Shown: positions 27,516 to 36,017 of the stretch, piece after piece
Position numbering within the stretch: the stretch's first letter is position 1
Layout: every line of letters begins with the position of its first letter
From: an uncultured Actinomycetota bacterium
Lineage (GTDB): Bacteria; Actinomycetota; Actinomycetes; Propionibacteriales; Nocardioidaceae
DNA: 64,000 nucleotides
Reading direction: 5' to 3'
NCBI GenBank assembly: GCA_963759965.1
Contig: CAVXBM010000016.1
Coordinates: forward strand, 65,033 to 129,032
Notes under the pieces: generated by a model
Databases searched by the model: none
Told to the model about the DNA's origin: nothing
What the model saw: the letters and a program-made list of their open reading frames with translations, nothing else
Made by a program: the position numbers and the translations under genes

Positions 27516-28853
27516 ATGTCCGAGGTCCCCGACAGCAGCCTGCCCGCGGCCCGCGGCCGGAGCAGCACCCGGCTCGACCACTACGTCGACCGCTATGCCG
27601 CACGCACCAAGGGGATGACGGCCTCGGAGATTCGCGCACTGTTCTCGGTGGCGAGCCGGCCCGAGGTGGTCAGCCTCGCCGGGGGCATGCCGAACATCTC
27701 AGGCCTCCCCCTCGACGTCGTCGGCACCGCGATCAGCGACCTGGTGGCGACGAACGGCGCGGTGGCGATGCAGTACGGCTCCGGGCAGGGCGACCCGACG
27801 CTGCGCGAGCAGATCTGCGACGTGATGCGGTTCGAGGGCATCGAGGCACACCCCGACGACGTGGTGGTGACGGTCGGGTCGCAGCAGGCGGTCGACCTGG
27901 TGACCCGCATCTTCTGCGACCCGGGTGACGTGGTGATCTGCGAGGCCCCGTCGTACGTCGGTGCGCTCGGTGTCTTCCGCGCCTACGAGGTCGACGTGGT
28001 GCACGTCGAGATGGACGCGCACGGGCTGGTGCCGTCGGCGCTGCGCGAGGCGATCGCGTCGGTGCAGGCGAGCGGCCGGACCATCAAGTTCGTCTACACG
28101 ATCCCGAACTTCCACAACCCCGCCGGCGTGACGCTGAGCGAGGAGCGCCGCCCGGAGATCCTGGAGATCTGCCGCGAGGCCGACGTGCTGGTGCTCGAGG
28201 ACAACCCGTACGGCCTGCTGGGCTTCGAGGGTGAGCCGATGCGGGCGCTGCGGGCGGACGAGCCGGACGGCGTGATCTACCTCGGGTCGTTCTCGAAGAC
28301 GTTCGCGCCGGGCTTCCGGGTGGGCTGGGCGCTGGCACCGCACGCGGTCCGCGAGAAGCTCGTGCTGGCCCAGGAGTCCGCGACGCTGTGCCCGCCGGCG
28401 TTCAGCCAGATGGCCGTCTCGGCGTACCTCTCCACCCACGACTGGCAGGGGCAGGTGAAGCAGTTCCGCGAGATGTACCGCGAGCGGCGCGACGCCATGG
28501 TCGAGGCGCTGGCGGACCTGATGCCGGCGACGGCGCGGTGGAACGTCCCCGACGGCGGGTTCTACGTGTGGCTGACGCTGCCGGAAGGACTCGACGCGAA
28601 GGCGATGCTGCCGCGGGCGGTGACCGCGCGGGTGGCGTACGTCCCCGGGACGGCGTTCTTCGCCGACGGCTTCGGCTCGCGGTCGATGCGCCTGTCCTAC
28701 TGCTACCCGACCCCCGAGCGCATCCGCGAGGGCGTCCGGCGCCTGACCGGCGTCATCGAGGACGAGCTGGAGCTGCGCACGACGTTCGGCGCCGCCGGCG
28801 GCGCGGCGCTGCTGGAGCGCGGCTACGAGGCACCGAACACCGACCTGACCTGA
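27516..28853 (+). CDS. PLP-dependent aminotransferase (class I/II, LysN/2-aminoadipate-type)
   Basis: 445 aa with the PLP-lysine motif GSFSKTFAPGFRVGW. Confidence 0.85.
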   Translation: MSEVPDSSLPAARGRSSTRLDHYVDRYAARTKGMTASEIRALFSVASRPEVVSLAGGMPNISGLPLDVVGTAISDLVATNGAVAMQYGSGQGDPTLREQICDVMRFEGIEAHPDDVVVTVGSQQAVDLVTRIFCDPGDVVICEAPSYVGALGVFRAYEVDVVHVEMDAHGLVPSALREAIASVQASGRTIKFVYTIPNFHNPAGVTLSEERRPEILEICREADVLVLEDNPYGLLGFEGEPMRALRADEPDGVIYLGSFSKTFAPGFRVGWALAPHAVREKLVLAQESATLCPPAFSQMAVSAYLSTHDWQGQVKQFREMYRERRDAMVEALADLMPATARWNVPDGGFYVWLTLPEGLDAKAMLPRAVTARVAYVPGTAFFADGFGSRSMRLSYCYPTPERIREGVRRLTGVIEDELELRTTFGAAGGAALLERGYEAPNTDLT

Positions 28854-28881
28854 CACACCCGAGATCGACCCGAGGAGAGCT

Positions 28882-29823
28882 GTGACCGGACGCGTGCTGG
28901 TGCTCGCCGGCGGACTGTCCCACGAGCGGGACGTGTCGCTGCGCTCCGGTCGTCGGATCTCCGAGGCGCTCCGCGACGTGGGATACGACGTCGAGGAGAG
29001 CGACGTCGGCGCCTCGCTGCTGGCCCGGCTCGCCGACGACCCACCGTCGTGCGTGCTCCCCGTGCTGCACGGTGAGTCCGGCGAGGACGGCGCGATCCGG
29101 GAGGTGCTCGAGCTGCTCGGCGTCCCGTACGTCGGGTCGCGGCCCGCGGCGTGCCGGATGGCCTTCGACAAGCCGGTCGCGAAGACCGTCGTCGGTCGTG
29201 CGGGGGTGCGCTCCCCCGAGGGTGTCTCGCTCCCGGCGGAGACCTTCCGCGAGCTCGGTGCGGCCGCGGTCATGGAGGGCATGGTGGCCGGGCTCGGCCT
29301 GCCGCTCATCGTGAAGCCGACCCGCGGCGGCTCGGCCCTCGGCTGCACGGTGGTCCGCGACGCCGCAGAGCTGCCTGGCGCGATGGTCGGCGCGTTCGCG
29401 TACGGCGACACCGCACTGGCCGAGCGCTTCGTCACCGGCCTCGAGGTCGTCGTGCCGGTCGTCGACACCGGCGACGGGCCGCGTGCGCTGCCGGTGGTGT
29501 CCATCGAGCCGGACGGAGGGGTCTACGACTACACCGCCCGCTACACCGCCGGGTCCACCGAGTTCATGGTCCCCGCGAAGCTCGACGACGACGTCGCCGC
29601 GGCCTGCGCCCAGGTCGCCCTCGACGTCCACGAGGCCCTCGGCCTCCGCGACTACTCGCGCTCCGACCTGATCGTCGGCGACGACGGCGAGGTGTGGTTC
29701 CTCGAGGTCAACGTGGCACCCGGGCTCACCGAGACCTCCACGGTGCCACTGTCCGTCGGGGCGGCGGGCCTGGAGCTCGGCCGCCTCATGGCCGACCTCG
29801 TCGAGGCGGCGGTGGCCCGATGA
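28882..29823 (+). CDS. ddl: D-alanine--D-alanine ligase
   Basis: 313 aa: VLVLAGGLSHERDVSLRSG.., ..LHGESGEDGAIREVLELLGVPYVGS.., ATP-grasp C-terminus ..FLEVNVAPGLTE... Confidence 0.85.
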   Translation: MTGRVLVLAGGLSHERDVSLRSGRRISEALRDVGYDVEESDVGASLLARLADDPPSCVLPVLHGESGEDGAIREVLELLGVPYVGSRPAACRMAFDKPVAKTVVGRAGVRSPEGVSLPAETFRELGAAAVMEGMVAGLGLPLIVKPTRGGSALGCTVVRDAAELPGAMVGAFAYGDTALAERFVTGLEVVVPVVDTGDGPRALPVVSIEPDGGVYDYTARYTAGSTEFMVPAKLDDDVAAACAQVALDVHEALGLRDYSRSDLIVGDDGEVWFLEVNVAPGLTETSTVPLSVGAAGLELGRLMADLVEAAVAR

Positions 29824-30593
29824 CCGACATCACCTACTACTCGATCATCGGCGCGGCCCACGGCTGGTTCAAGGCCATGGACTTCCGCTTCCACGTCACC
29901 GGCCAGGAGAACATCCCCCACGACGGCGGAGCCGTCATCGCGGTCAACCACATCTCCTACGTGGACTTCATCATGGCCGGCTACGGCGCCCGCTGGTCCA
30001 AGCGCCTGATCCGGTTCATGGCCAAGCGCGAGACCTTCGACCACAAGGTCACCGGTCCGATCATGCGCAACTGCAAGCACATCAGCGTCGACCGGTCCGA
30101 CGGGCTCGCGTCCTACGACGAGGCCGTGCGCCGTCTCCGGGCCGGCGACATCGTCGGGGTCTTCCCCGAGGCCACGATCTCGCGCAGCTTCCTCATCAAG
30201 GACCTCAAGACGGGTGCGGTCCGCATGGCGGCCGACGCCGACGTCCCCCTGGTGCCGATGGTCCTCTGGGGCACGCAGCGCCTCATGACCAAGGACCACC
30301 CGCGCGACCTCTCGCGGCACAAGACCATCACCGTGACCATCGGCGAGCCGATCGACCCCCAGGGCGCCACCGCGGCCGACAAGACCAAGGACCTCCACCG
30401 CGCGATGTCCTCGATGCTCGACAAGGCCATCTCCGAGTACCCCGCCGACGAGCAGCCCCCCGGGTCCTGGTGGTTGCCGGCGTCGTACGGCGGCTCGGCT
30501 CCCACGCCCGAGGAGGCCACCGCGATGGATCGCGAGGAGATGCGGTTGCGCGCCGAGAAGCGGCGGGCGGCGAAGAAGGCCGAGTCGGAGTGA
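29820..30593 (+). CDS. plsC: 1-acyl-sn-glycerol-3-phosphate acyltransferase family
   Basis: ATGA overlap with ddl. HX4D motif NHISYVD and FPEAT motif. Confidence 0.85.
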   Translation: MTDITYYSIIGAAHGWFKAMDFRFHVTGQENIPHDGGAVIAVNHISYVDFIMAGYGARWSKRLIRFMAKRETFDHKVTGPIMRNCKHISVDRSDGLASYDEAVRRLRAGDIVGVFPEATISRSFLIKDLKTGAVRMAADADVPLVPMVLWGTQRLMTKDHPRDLSRHKTITVTIGEPIDPQGATAADKTKDLHRAMSSMLDKAISEYPADEQPPGSWWLPASYGGSAPTPEEATAMDREEMRLRAEKRRAAKKAESE

Positions 30594-30640
30594 CCCGTCG
30601 CCCGTAGGTCACGGCGCCGGTGACGCCGTCCCGCCCACTA

Positions 30641-30732
30641 CCCCGGCGAGGACATGTCGCCGTGTCGGCCGGTGGCCACGTGCCTGGTTGCGTCCAGCGA
30701 CGCCGTCCACGCCTCTTTTAGCCTCGCCGGGG
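30641..30732 (-). repeat. Structured intergenic repeat, copy 2 (inverted orientation)
   Basis: The reverse complement reads CCCCGGCGAGG-CTAAAAGAGGCGTGGACGGCGT-..-ACCGGCCGACACGGCGACATGT-CCTCGCCGGGG. Confidence 0.8.
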
Positions 30733-30779
30733 CAGCGTTCGGGCCGACACCCCCGTCACCGCGCGGTGCGTCCGACGGG

Positions 30780-31649
30780 TCACTCCGGCTTGGCGTGAGG
30801 TGGGGCTTGGTCGAGCTCTTCATGGGAGAGGTGGAGGCCGAGGCCGTCGCGGCAGAAGTCCTCGCCGAAGGGGGTGAGGTGGATGGACCTGCGGACCACC
30901 TTGGAGCGGCGCACGGAGTGGCGCGCCTCGGTGACGTCGGGCTGGGCCTCGAGGACCTGGTACTCCATGGGGTCGCGCAGGGTCTCGCGGGAGAACCAGA
31001 TGAGGCCGAGACGTTCGAGGTTGTGGAGGTACGACGGGACGCGGTCGACGTAGCGGCAGCCGGCGAGGGCGCCGATCATGTTGAGGTTCGCCTGGACGAG
31101 GTTCGAGGACACGCTGCCCACGAGGCCGCCGGTGCGGACGTCGACGGTCGCCTGGGGGCCCTTGCGCAGCAGCAGCAGGAGGATGCGGCCCTCGTCGGGC
31201 GCGAGCTCGCCGATGATGCGGGCGTAGGCGGGGTGACTGGTCTCGTCGGACCAGACGTCGCGGGAGCGGCGCAGCAGGTCGCGGCCCGCGGCGTGCAAGG
31301 GGTTCTCCGGCTCGTCGTCGACCTGGGAGGGCGAGACGGTCTCGATCGTCTCGGCCATGACCCGGATCACGGGGTTGTGCGACGCCGCGGCGCGCATGCC
31401 GTCGACCTGGTCGCCGAGGAGCGCCCGGGAGATCGCGCCGGCCGCGAAGCGGAGGTCCTCGGCGAGCTCGCCGGCGTGCTCGGGATGGATCGCGACGTCG
31501 AGGACGCGGCGGCCCGCGTTGACGCCGGTGGCGGCTGCCCAGGCCCCGATCCTCAACGAGGACAGGGCTGCGACCTTCGCGAGGCCGGTGAGGTCGCCGC
31601 TGCTGAGGGGCCTGGATCCGTTCACCGGGCGGGGCTCGAGCTCGCTCAC
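30780..31649 (-). CDS. Hypothetical protein, translationally coupled to the DUF445 gene (possibly Abi-alpha/DUF4393-like; unverified)
   Basis: GTG 31649 overlaps the upstream stop (GTGA). 289 aa, VSELEPRPVNG...HPAYARIIGELAPDEGRILLLLL... GC3 is high. The N-terminal 423 aa of track ORF 30780..32918 are an alternative-frame artefact. Confidence 0.65.
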   Translation of the reverse strand: MSELEPRPVNGSRPLSSGDLTGLAKVAALSSLRIGAWAAATGVNAGRRVLDVAIHPEHAGELAEDLRFAAGAISRALLGDQVDGMRAAASHNPVIRVMAETIETVSPSQVDDEPENPLHAAGRDLLRRSRDVWSDETSHPAYARIIGELAPDEGRILLLLLRKGPQATVDVRTGGLVGSVSSNLVQANLNMIGALAGCRYVDRVPSYLHNLERLGLIWFSRETLRDPMEYQVLEAQPDVTEARHSVRRSKVVRRSIHLTPFGEDFCRDGLGLHLSHEELDQAPPHAKPE

Positions 31650-32941
31650 CGGGCACCCCCGCTGCCGAAGATCAGGACGTGCGCGACCCCGCCCGCGAAG
31701 CCCATGACCGCGCCGTGGGCGTAGAGCATCCACTCGTCTTCCTTGATCGCAGCGCGGAGCATCTCGACGAAGTCGCGCGACGGGAGGTCGCGGATGCGGT
31801 CGGTGAAGAGGATGCGGATCTTGTCGCTCTGCTTCGCGGAGAAGCCCGGGTCGCGAAACGGTGTGATGGTGTGGCGTGCGGACTCGTGGGCGACCTGGTC
31901 GCGGATCGCGTCGAACTCGCGAGTGCCGACCGCGACGCGCAGTGCGGCGCGCGCCGGTCCGGCCGCTCGGTCGATGGCCGGGCCCATCGCGTCCTCGAGC
32001 ATCTGCCGGGTGCGGTCCCCTCGTGGCCCGTAGAGCAGGAAGTCGCCGATGTTCTCCAGCGTGATGACGTCGTCGGCGATGATCCGGGCGTAGACGTCGG
32101 CCACCTCGTCCTGGCGGCGCAGGAAGAGCCCGTGCAGCTTCACGCCGAGGACCCGTCGCTCGTCGACGGGCTCGAAGATCAGTGCCATGCCGAGGAGGTT
32201 GGTCACCCAGCCGACGATGACACCCATGAACGGCAGCAGCCACCAGAGGCCGACGACGTGGTCGACCACAGCCACCGGGATGCCGAGGACGAAGCCGAAC
32301 ACGAAGCCGAAGTTGACCATCAGCTTCAGCTCGCGGCTGCCGATGTCGTAGAAGATCCGGTTCACGAGTGCCGGGTTGCTGCGGAAGTGCTCGATGACCA
32401 TGATCTTCGGGTCGAGGAGCTGGTCGATGTGCTCGCCGATCTCGGTGGTGATCCCCTCGATGATCTCGGGCAGCTGGAGGGTGACCCGCTCGAAGACCGC
32501 GTCCTTGATGCGCGGCGGCAGGTTCGCCCAGAGGGTCGGGTGCTGGCGCTCCATCACCTCTCCGACGATCTCGGGCACCTTCGGCCCCATGATCGAGACG
32601 ATGTGCTCGGCGATGGCCGGCGGGTCGAGCTGCTCGTAGAACTCCTTGGGCGTGCCGATCTTGGCGATCACCTTGTCGACGGCGATCGAACCCATCTTGG
32701 CGGCCCTGCCCGGGACGATGCCCTGCCAGCCGATGACGCCGTGCAGCAGGCCGGGGATCTCCTGGACCTTGTGCGGGGCGAGGCGCGCGAGCTCGGCGAG
32801 ACCGGAGACGCGCTTGCCGTGCAGGCGCACCGGGTTGAAGAGCATGATCACGCCGGTCCAGTTGATCAGGTAGCCGACGACAGCCGTGAAGATCGGGATG
32901 GTCCAGAAGACCACCCACTCGTTCTGGAAGAACTCACTCAC
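31646..32941 (-). CDS. DUF445 family membrane protein (YheB/YjiN-like)
   Basis: 431 aa. N-terminus IPIFTAVVGYLINWTGVIMLFNPV...GWQGIVPGRAAKMG resembles the DUF445 signature. TM segments at both ends. Confidence 0.75.
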   Translation of the reverse strand: MSEFFQNEWVVFWTIPIFTAVVGYLINWTGVIMLFNPVRLHGKRVSGLAELARLAPHKVQEIPGLLHGVIGWQGIVPGRAAKMGSIAVDKVIAKIGTPKEFYEQLDPPAIAEHIVSIMGPKVPEIVGEVMERQHPTLWANLPPRIKDAVFERVTLQLPEIIEGITTEIGEHIDQLLDPKIMVIEHFRSNPALVNRIFYDIGSRELKLMVNFGFVFGFVLGIPVAVVDHVVGLWWLLPFMGVIVGWVTNLLGMALIFEPVDERRVLGVKLHGLFLRRQDEVADVYARIIADDVITLENIGDFLLYGPRGDRTRQMLEDAMGPAIDRAAGPARAALRVAVGTREFDAIRDQVAHESARHTITPFRDPGFSAKQSDKIRILFTDRIRDLPSRDFVEMLRAAIKEDEWMLYAHGAVMGFAGGVAHVLIFGSGGAR

Positions 32942-33020
32942 GGGACGGGGGTTCCCCTCGGTCGACGCAGCTCCGGGGCGGCGTACTGAGGGTATCCGGA
33001 TTGCCCGATTCGCGGACCGG

Positions 33021-33035
33021 GATCACCGTGTGATC
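33021..33035. promoter_or_regulatory. Inverted repeat GATCAC-CGT-GTGATC upstream of the DUF445 operon
   Basis: Perfect 6-bp arms, about 80 nt upstream of the DUF445 start. Confidence 0.3.
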
Positions 33036-33089
33036 TCGGGCTCCCCCGGGCTCGAAGTCGACGTGTCGGCGAGTGGTTTAAGCGACTTC

Positions 33090-33109
33090 TCGCTTTGTCG
33101 ACAAATCGA
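33090..33109. promoter_or_regulatory. 20-bp near-perfect palindrome TCGCTTTGTCGACAAATCGA (candidate dimeric-regulator site)
   Basis: Only one symmetric position deviates. It sits in an AT-rich spacer rich in TCGA/ATCGAT. Half-sites recur inside dnaA at 39371-39384 and 39404-39416. Confidence 0.45.
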
Positions 33110-33133
33110 TGAATCGCTACATCGATGTGTCGA

Positions 33134-34183
33134 TCAATCGTTGTGGCGACTTTCGGCGTGCCGGGCGGTGTACGACGGGTCCATGGCGGCCACGATCCGC
33201 TCCAGGTCGCCCAGCGAGGCGAATTCGATGGTGATCTTGCCCTTGGCCCGGCCCAGGTCGACCTTGACCCGGGTGTCGTAGAGGTCGGAGAGGCGCTCCG
33301 CGAGCTCCACGGCCGCCGGCGCCACCGGCTTCGCGCGTCGACGACGCTCCGGCCGGCCGTCCTCGACGTCACCGACGGCGACGATCTCCTCGAGTCCCCG
33401 TACCGAGATGCCCTCGGCGACGACGCGGGCCGCCAGTCGGTCCTGCGCCGGCTCGCCCTCGACTCCGAGCAACGCGCGGGCGTGCCCGGCGGACAGCACG
33501 CCGGCGGCGACCCGGCGCTGGACCGGCGGCGAGAGCCGCAGCAGCCGCAGGGTGTTGCTGATCTGGGGTCGGCTGCGTCCGATCCGACCCGCCAGCTCCT
33601 CGTGGGTGCACCCGAAGTCGTCGAGCAGCTGCTGGTAGGCGGCTGCCTCCTCCAGCGGGTTGAGCTGGGAGCGGTGCAGGTTCTCCAGGAGGGCGTCACG
33701 CAGCAGCGCGTCGTCCTCGGTGGCGCGCACGATCGCCGGGATGGCCTCCAGGCCGGCCTGCTGCGACGCGCGCCAGCGGCGCTCGCCCATGACCAGCTCG
33801 TACTGACCGTCCTCGACGGGGCGCACGACGACGGGCTGGAGCAGCCCGACCTCGCGGATCGAGTGGACGAGCTCGGCCATCGCCTCCTCGTCGAAGACCT
33901 GCCGCGGCTGGCGCGGGTTGGGCCGCACGGACCCGATCGGCACCTCCGCGAAGAACGCTCCCTCGACCGCGACCAGCCCCTCGACCTCGTCCGGGCCGGC
34001 GTCGGCAGGGTCCCCCGGGGAGGAGGGTGCGGGGATGCGGCCGATCCAGTCCGCCGTCACAGGCGTCGCGGTGACCGTCGCGACGGACCCGTGCTCCTCG
34101 GCGGTCTCCGTGGCCGGGGCGGTCGGGATGAGCGAGCCGAGCCCGCGGCCCAGTCCGCGTCGGGGGAGGGGCTTCTCGCTCAT
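33134..34183 (-). CDS. parB: Chromosome partitioning protein ParB
   Basis: [11 protein letters not shown], ParB box [41 protein letters not shown]. Confidence 0.92.
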   Translation of the reverse strand: MSEKPLPRRGLGRGLGSLIPTAPATETAEEHGSVATVTATPVTADWIGRIPAPSSPGDPADAGPDEVEGLVAVEGAFFAEVPIGSVRPNPRQPRQVFDEEAMAELVHSIREVGLLQPVVVRPVEDGQYELVMGERRWRASQQAGLEAIPAIVRATEDDALLRDALLENLHRSQLNPLEEAAAYQQLLDDFGCTHEELAGRIGRSRPQISNTLRLLRLSPPVQRRVAAGVLSAGHARALLGVEGEPAQDRLAARVVAEGISVRGLEEIVAVGDVEDGRPERRRRAKPVAPAAVELAERLSDLYDTRVKVDLGRAKGKITIEFASLGDLERIVAAMDPSYTARHAESRHND

Positions 34184-35088
34184 GCGGGCACGTCCTTCGT
34201 CGACATCTCGCGCGCGGCCTCGAGGTAGCTCAGCGCGCCGGGGCTGGTCGGGTCGTAGGTGACGACGCTCTGGCCGTAGCTGGGCGCCTCGGAAACACGG
34301 ACAGACCGGGGGATAGCGGTGCGAAGCACCCGGTCTCCGAAGTGCTCGCGGACCTCGTCGGCCACGGCGGAGGACAGCCGGGTGCGGGCGTCGTACATGG
34401 TGAGGAGGACGGTGCTGATCCGCAGATCGGGGTTGAGGTTGGCCCGGACGAGCTCGACGGTCTCCAGGAGCTGGCCCACCCCCTCGAGCGCGTAGTACTC
34501 CGACTGGATCGGCAGCAGCAGCTCGTCGGCGGCCACCAGGGCGTTGAGCGTCAGCAGGCCGAGCGACGGGGGACAGTCGACCAGGACGTAGTCGAAGCGG
34601 TCGTCGGAGTCGCCGTAGACGAGGTCGTAGCCGCGCAAGGCCTTGCGGAGCCGGTTCTCACGAGCGACCACGCTGACCAGCTCGATCTCCGCCCCGGCAA
34701 GGTCGATGGTCGCCGGCACCACCATGAGCCCTGGCGCCTCGCCGCTCTCCTGGGCGATCTCGGCGAAGGGTGTGCCGTCGACCAGCGCTTCGTACGTCGA
34801 CGGGGTGCCGCGTCCGTGCTCGACCGCGAGCGCCGTGGAGGCGTTGCCCTGCGGGTCCAGGTCGACGACCAGCACCCGGAGACCGCCCTGGGCCAGCGCC
34901 ACGGCGATGTTGACCGCGGTCGTGGTCTTGCCGACACCGCCCTTCTGGTTCGCCACCACCATGACGCGCGTGTGAGCGGGACGCGGCAACGGCTCACGGC
35001 GGAGGAGCCCGGCGCGGAGGAGCAGCGACTGCTCCACCGCATGCGCGAGCGGGGTGTCGTCCGAGGCGGGCGGCTCGGCCGTCAGCAC
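34180..35088 (-). CDS. parA: Chromosome partitioning ATPase ParA (start uncertain; the ORF is open to 35310)
   Basis: Deviant Walker [19 protein letters not shown]3 collapses upstream of GTG 35088, and that upstream stretch contains a parS site and three DnaA boxes, so the short form is preferred. Confidence 0.8.
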   Translation of the reverse strand: MLTAEPPASDDTPLAHAVEQSLLLRAGLLRREPLPRPAHTRVMVVANQKGGVGKTTTAVNIAVALAQGGLRVLVVDLDPQGNASTALAVEHGRGTPSTYEALVDGTPFAEIAQESGEAPGLMVVPATIDLAGAEIELVSVVARENRLRKALRGYDLVYGDSDDRFDYVLVDCPPSLGLLTLNALVAADELLLPIQSEYYALEGVGQLLETVELVRANLNPDLRISTVLLTMYDARTRLSSAVADEVREHFGDRVLRTAIPRSVRVSEAPSYGQSVVTYDPTSPGALSYLEAAREMSTKDVPA

Positions 35089-35091
35089 GGC

Positions 35092-35107
35092 CGTTTCACG
35101 TGAAACA
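35092..35107. promoter_or_regulatory. parS site
   Basis: CGTTTCACGTGAAACA matches the conserved parS core GTTTCACGTGAAAC exactly. Confidence 0.85.
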
Positions 35108-35144
35108 GGACCTGGTGCCTGGTCTAGGTGGGCCGTTTCCCTCC

Positions 35145-35185
35145 TGTGGGGAAAAGCCTGTGGATAACTCGCCGCTTGTGGGGAA
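35145..35185 (+). promoter_or_regulatory. Three same-orientation DnaA boxes in the rsmG-parA spacer
   Basis: TGTGGGGAA 35145-53, TGTGGATAA 35159-67 (perfect complement of TTATCCACA), TGTGGGGAA 35177-85. Confidence 0.6.
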
Positions 35186-35320
35186 ACCGCAGGTGAGGAC
35201 CCCTGAGGCCCGGGCCAGCCCAGCCGGTCCAGAGGGCTCGTGCGGGCGACGAAGGGCCACCCGAGGCCGCCCGAGACCCTGTCAGGATCCTGAGACCAAC
35301 GACCCGACAAGACGGGCTCC

Positions 35321-36010
35321 TTAACGACGTGACCGGCGCGGACGCTGCGACCTTAACGTCGGGTCAGCGCCCGCCTCCACTCGCACCACCGTGGTCGGGA
35401 AAGTCAGTGAACTCGATCCGATGTGGACCACTTCCGGCGCGCGGCCGCCCAGCCTGGCGACCGTCGACCGGACGGACTCGAGCTCGTCCGAGGCTGAGCT
35501 GCCCTTCATCGCCAGCACCACTCCACCGCTGCGCGCCAGGGGGAGCGACCACGGCAGCAGACGCTCGAGGGGGGCCACCGCCCGCGAGGTCACGACGTCG
35601 AAGGCGCGGGTGCCGGCCACCTCCTCGGCCCGGCCGCGGAGGACCTCGACCTGGTCCTCGAGGCCGAGGATGCTCACCGCCTCCTCGAGGAAGCGGGTAC
35701 GACGGAGCAGCGGCTCGAGCAGTGTCACGGTCAGGTCGGGACGACGTACCGCGAGCACCAGACCGGGCAGTCCGGCCCCGCTGCCCACGTCGACGACCGA
35801 GGCGCCCTCGGGCACCAGGTCCGCCACGACCGCGCAGTTGAGGAGGTGACGGTCCCAGAGCCGGGGCACCTCACGCGGACCGAGCAGCCCTCGTTCCGTC
35901 CCCGGTCCGGCGAGCAGCTCGGCGTAGCGGACCGCGAGGGGGAGCCGAGCAGCGAAAACCCCCGCTGCCTCGGGAGGCGGCGGGGGTGTTTCACGTGAAA
36001 CGTCGCTCAT
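35321..36010 (-). CDS. rsmG: 16S rRNA (guanine527-N7)-methyltransferase RsmG/GidB
   Basis: 229 aa with the SAM motif DVGSGAGLPGLVLA. Confidence 0.9.
   Translation of the reverse strand: MSDVSRETPPPPPEAAGVFAARLPLAVRYAELLAGPGTERGLLGPREVPRLWDRHLLNCAVVADLVPEGASVVDVGSGAGLPGLVLAVRRPDLTVTLLEPLLRRTRFLEEAVSILGLEDQVEVLRGRAEEVAGTRAFDVVTSRAVAPLERLLPWSLPLARSGGVVLAMKGSSASDELESVRSTVARLGGRAPEVVHIGSSSLTFPTTVVRVEAGADPTLRSQRPRRSRR
35987..36002. promoter_or_regulatory. parS site inside the first codons of rsmG
   Basis: TGTTTCACGTGAAACG encodes ..DVSRET.. of RsmG. Confidence 0.85.
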
Positions 36011-36017
36011 CGGAGCG

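Noticed and set aside
30780-32918. 712-aa minus-strand ORF read as a single protein
   Set aside because: Only the C-terminal 289 codons have coding character. The N-terminal part overlaps the DUF445 gene in another frame and is R/P/G-rich nonsense.
35089-35310. 74-codon N-terminal extension of ParA in track ORF 34180..35310
   Set aside because: GC3 drops sharply, and the segment contains a perfect parS plus three DnaA boxes. It was treated as regulatory spacer.
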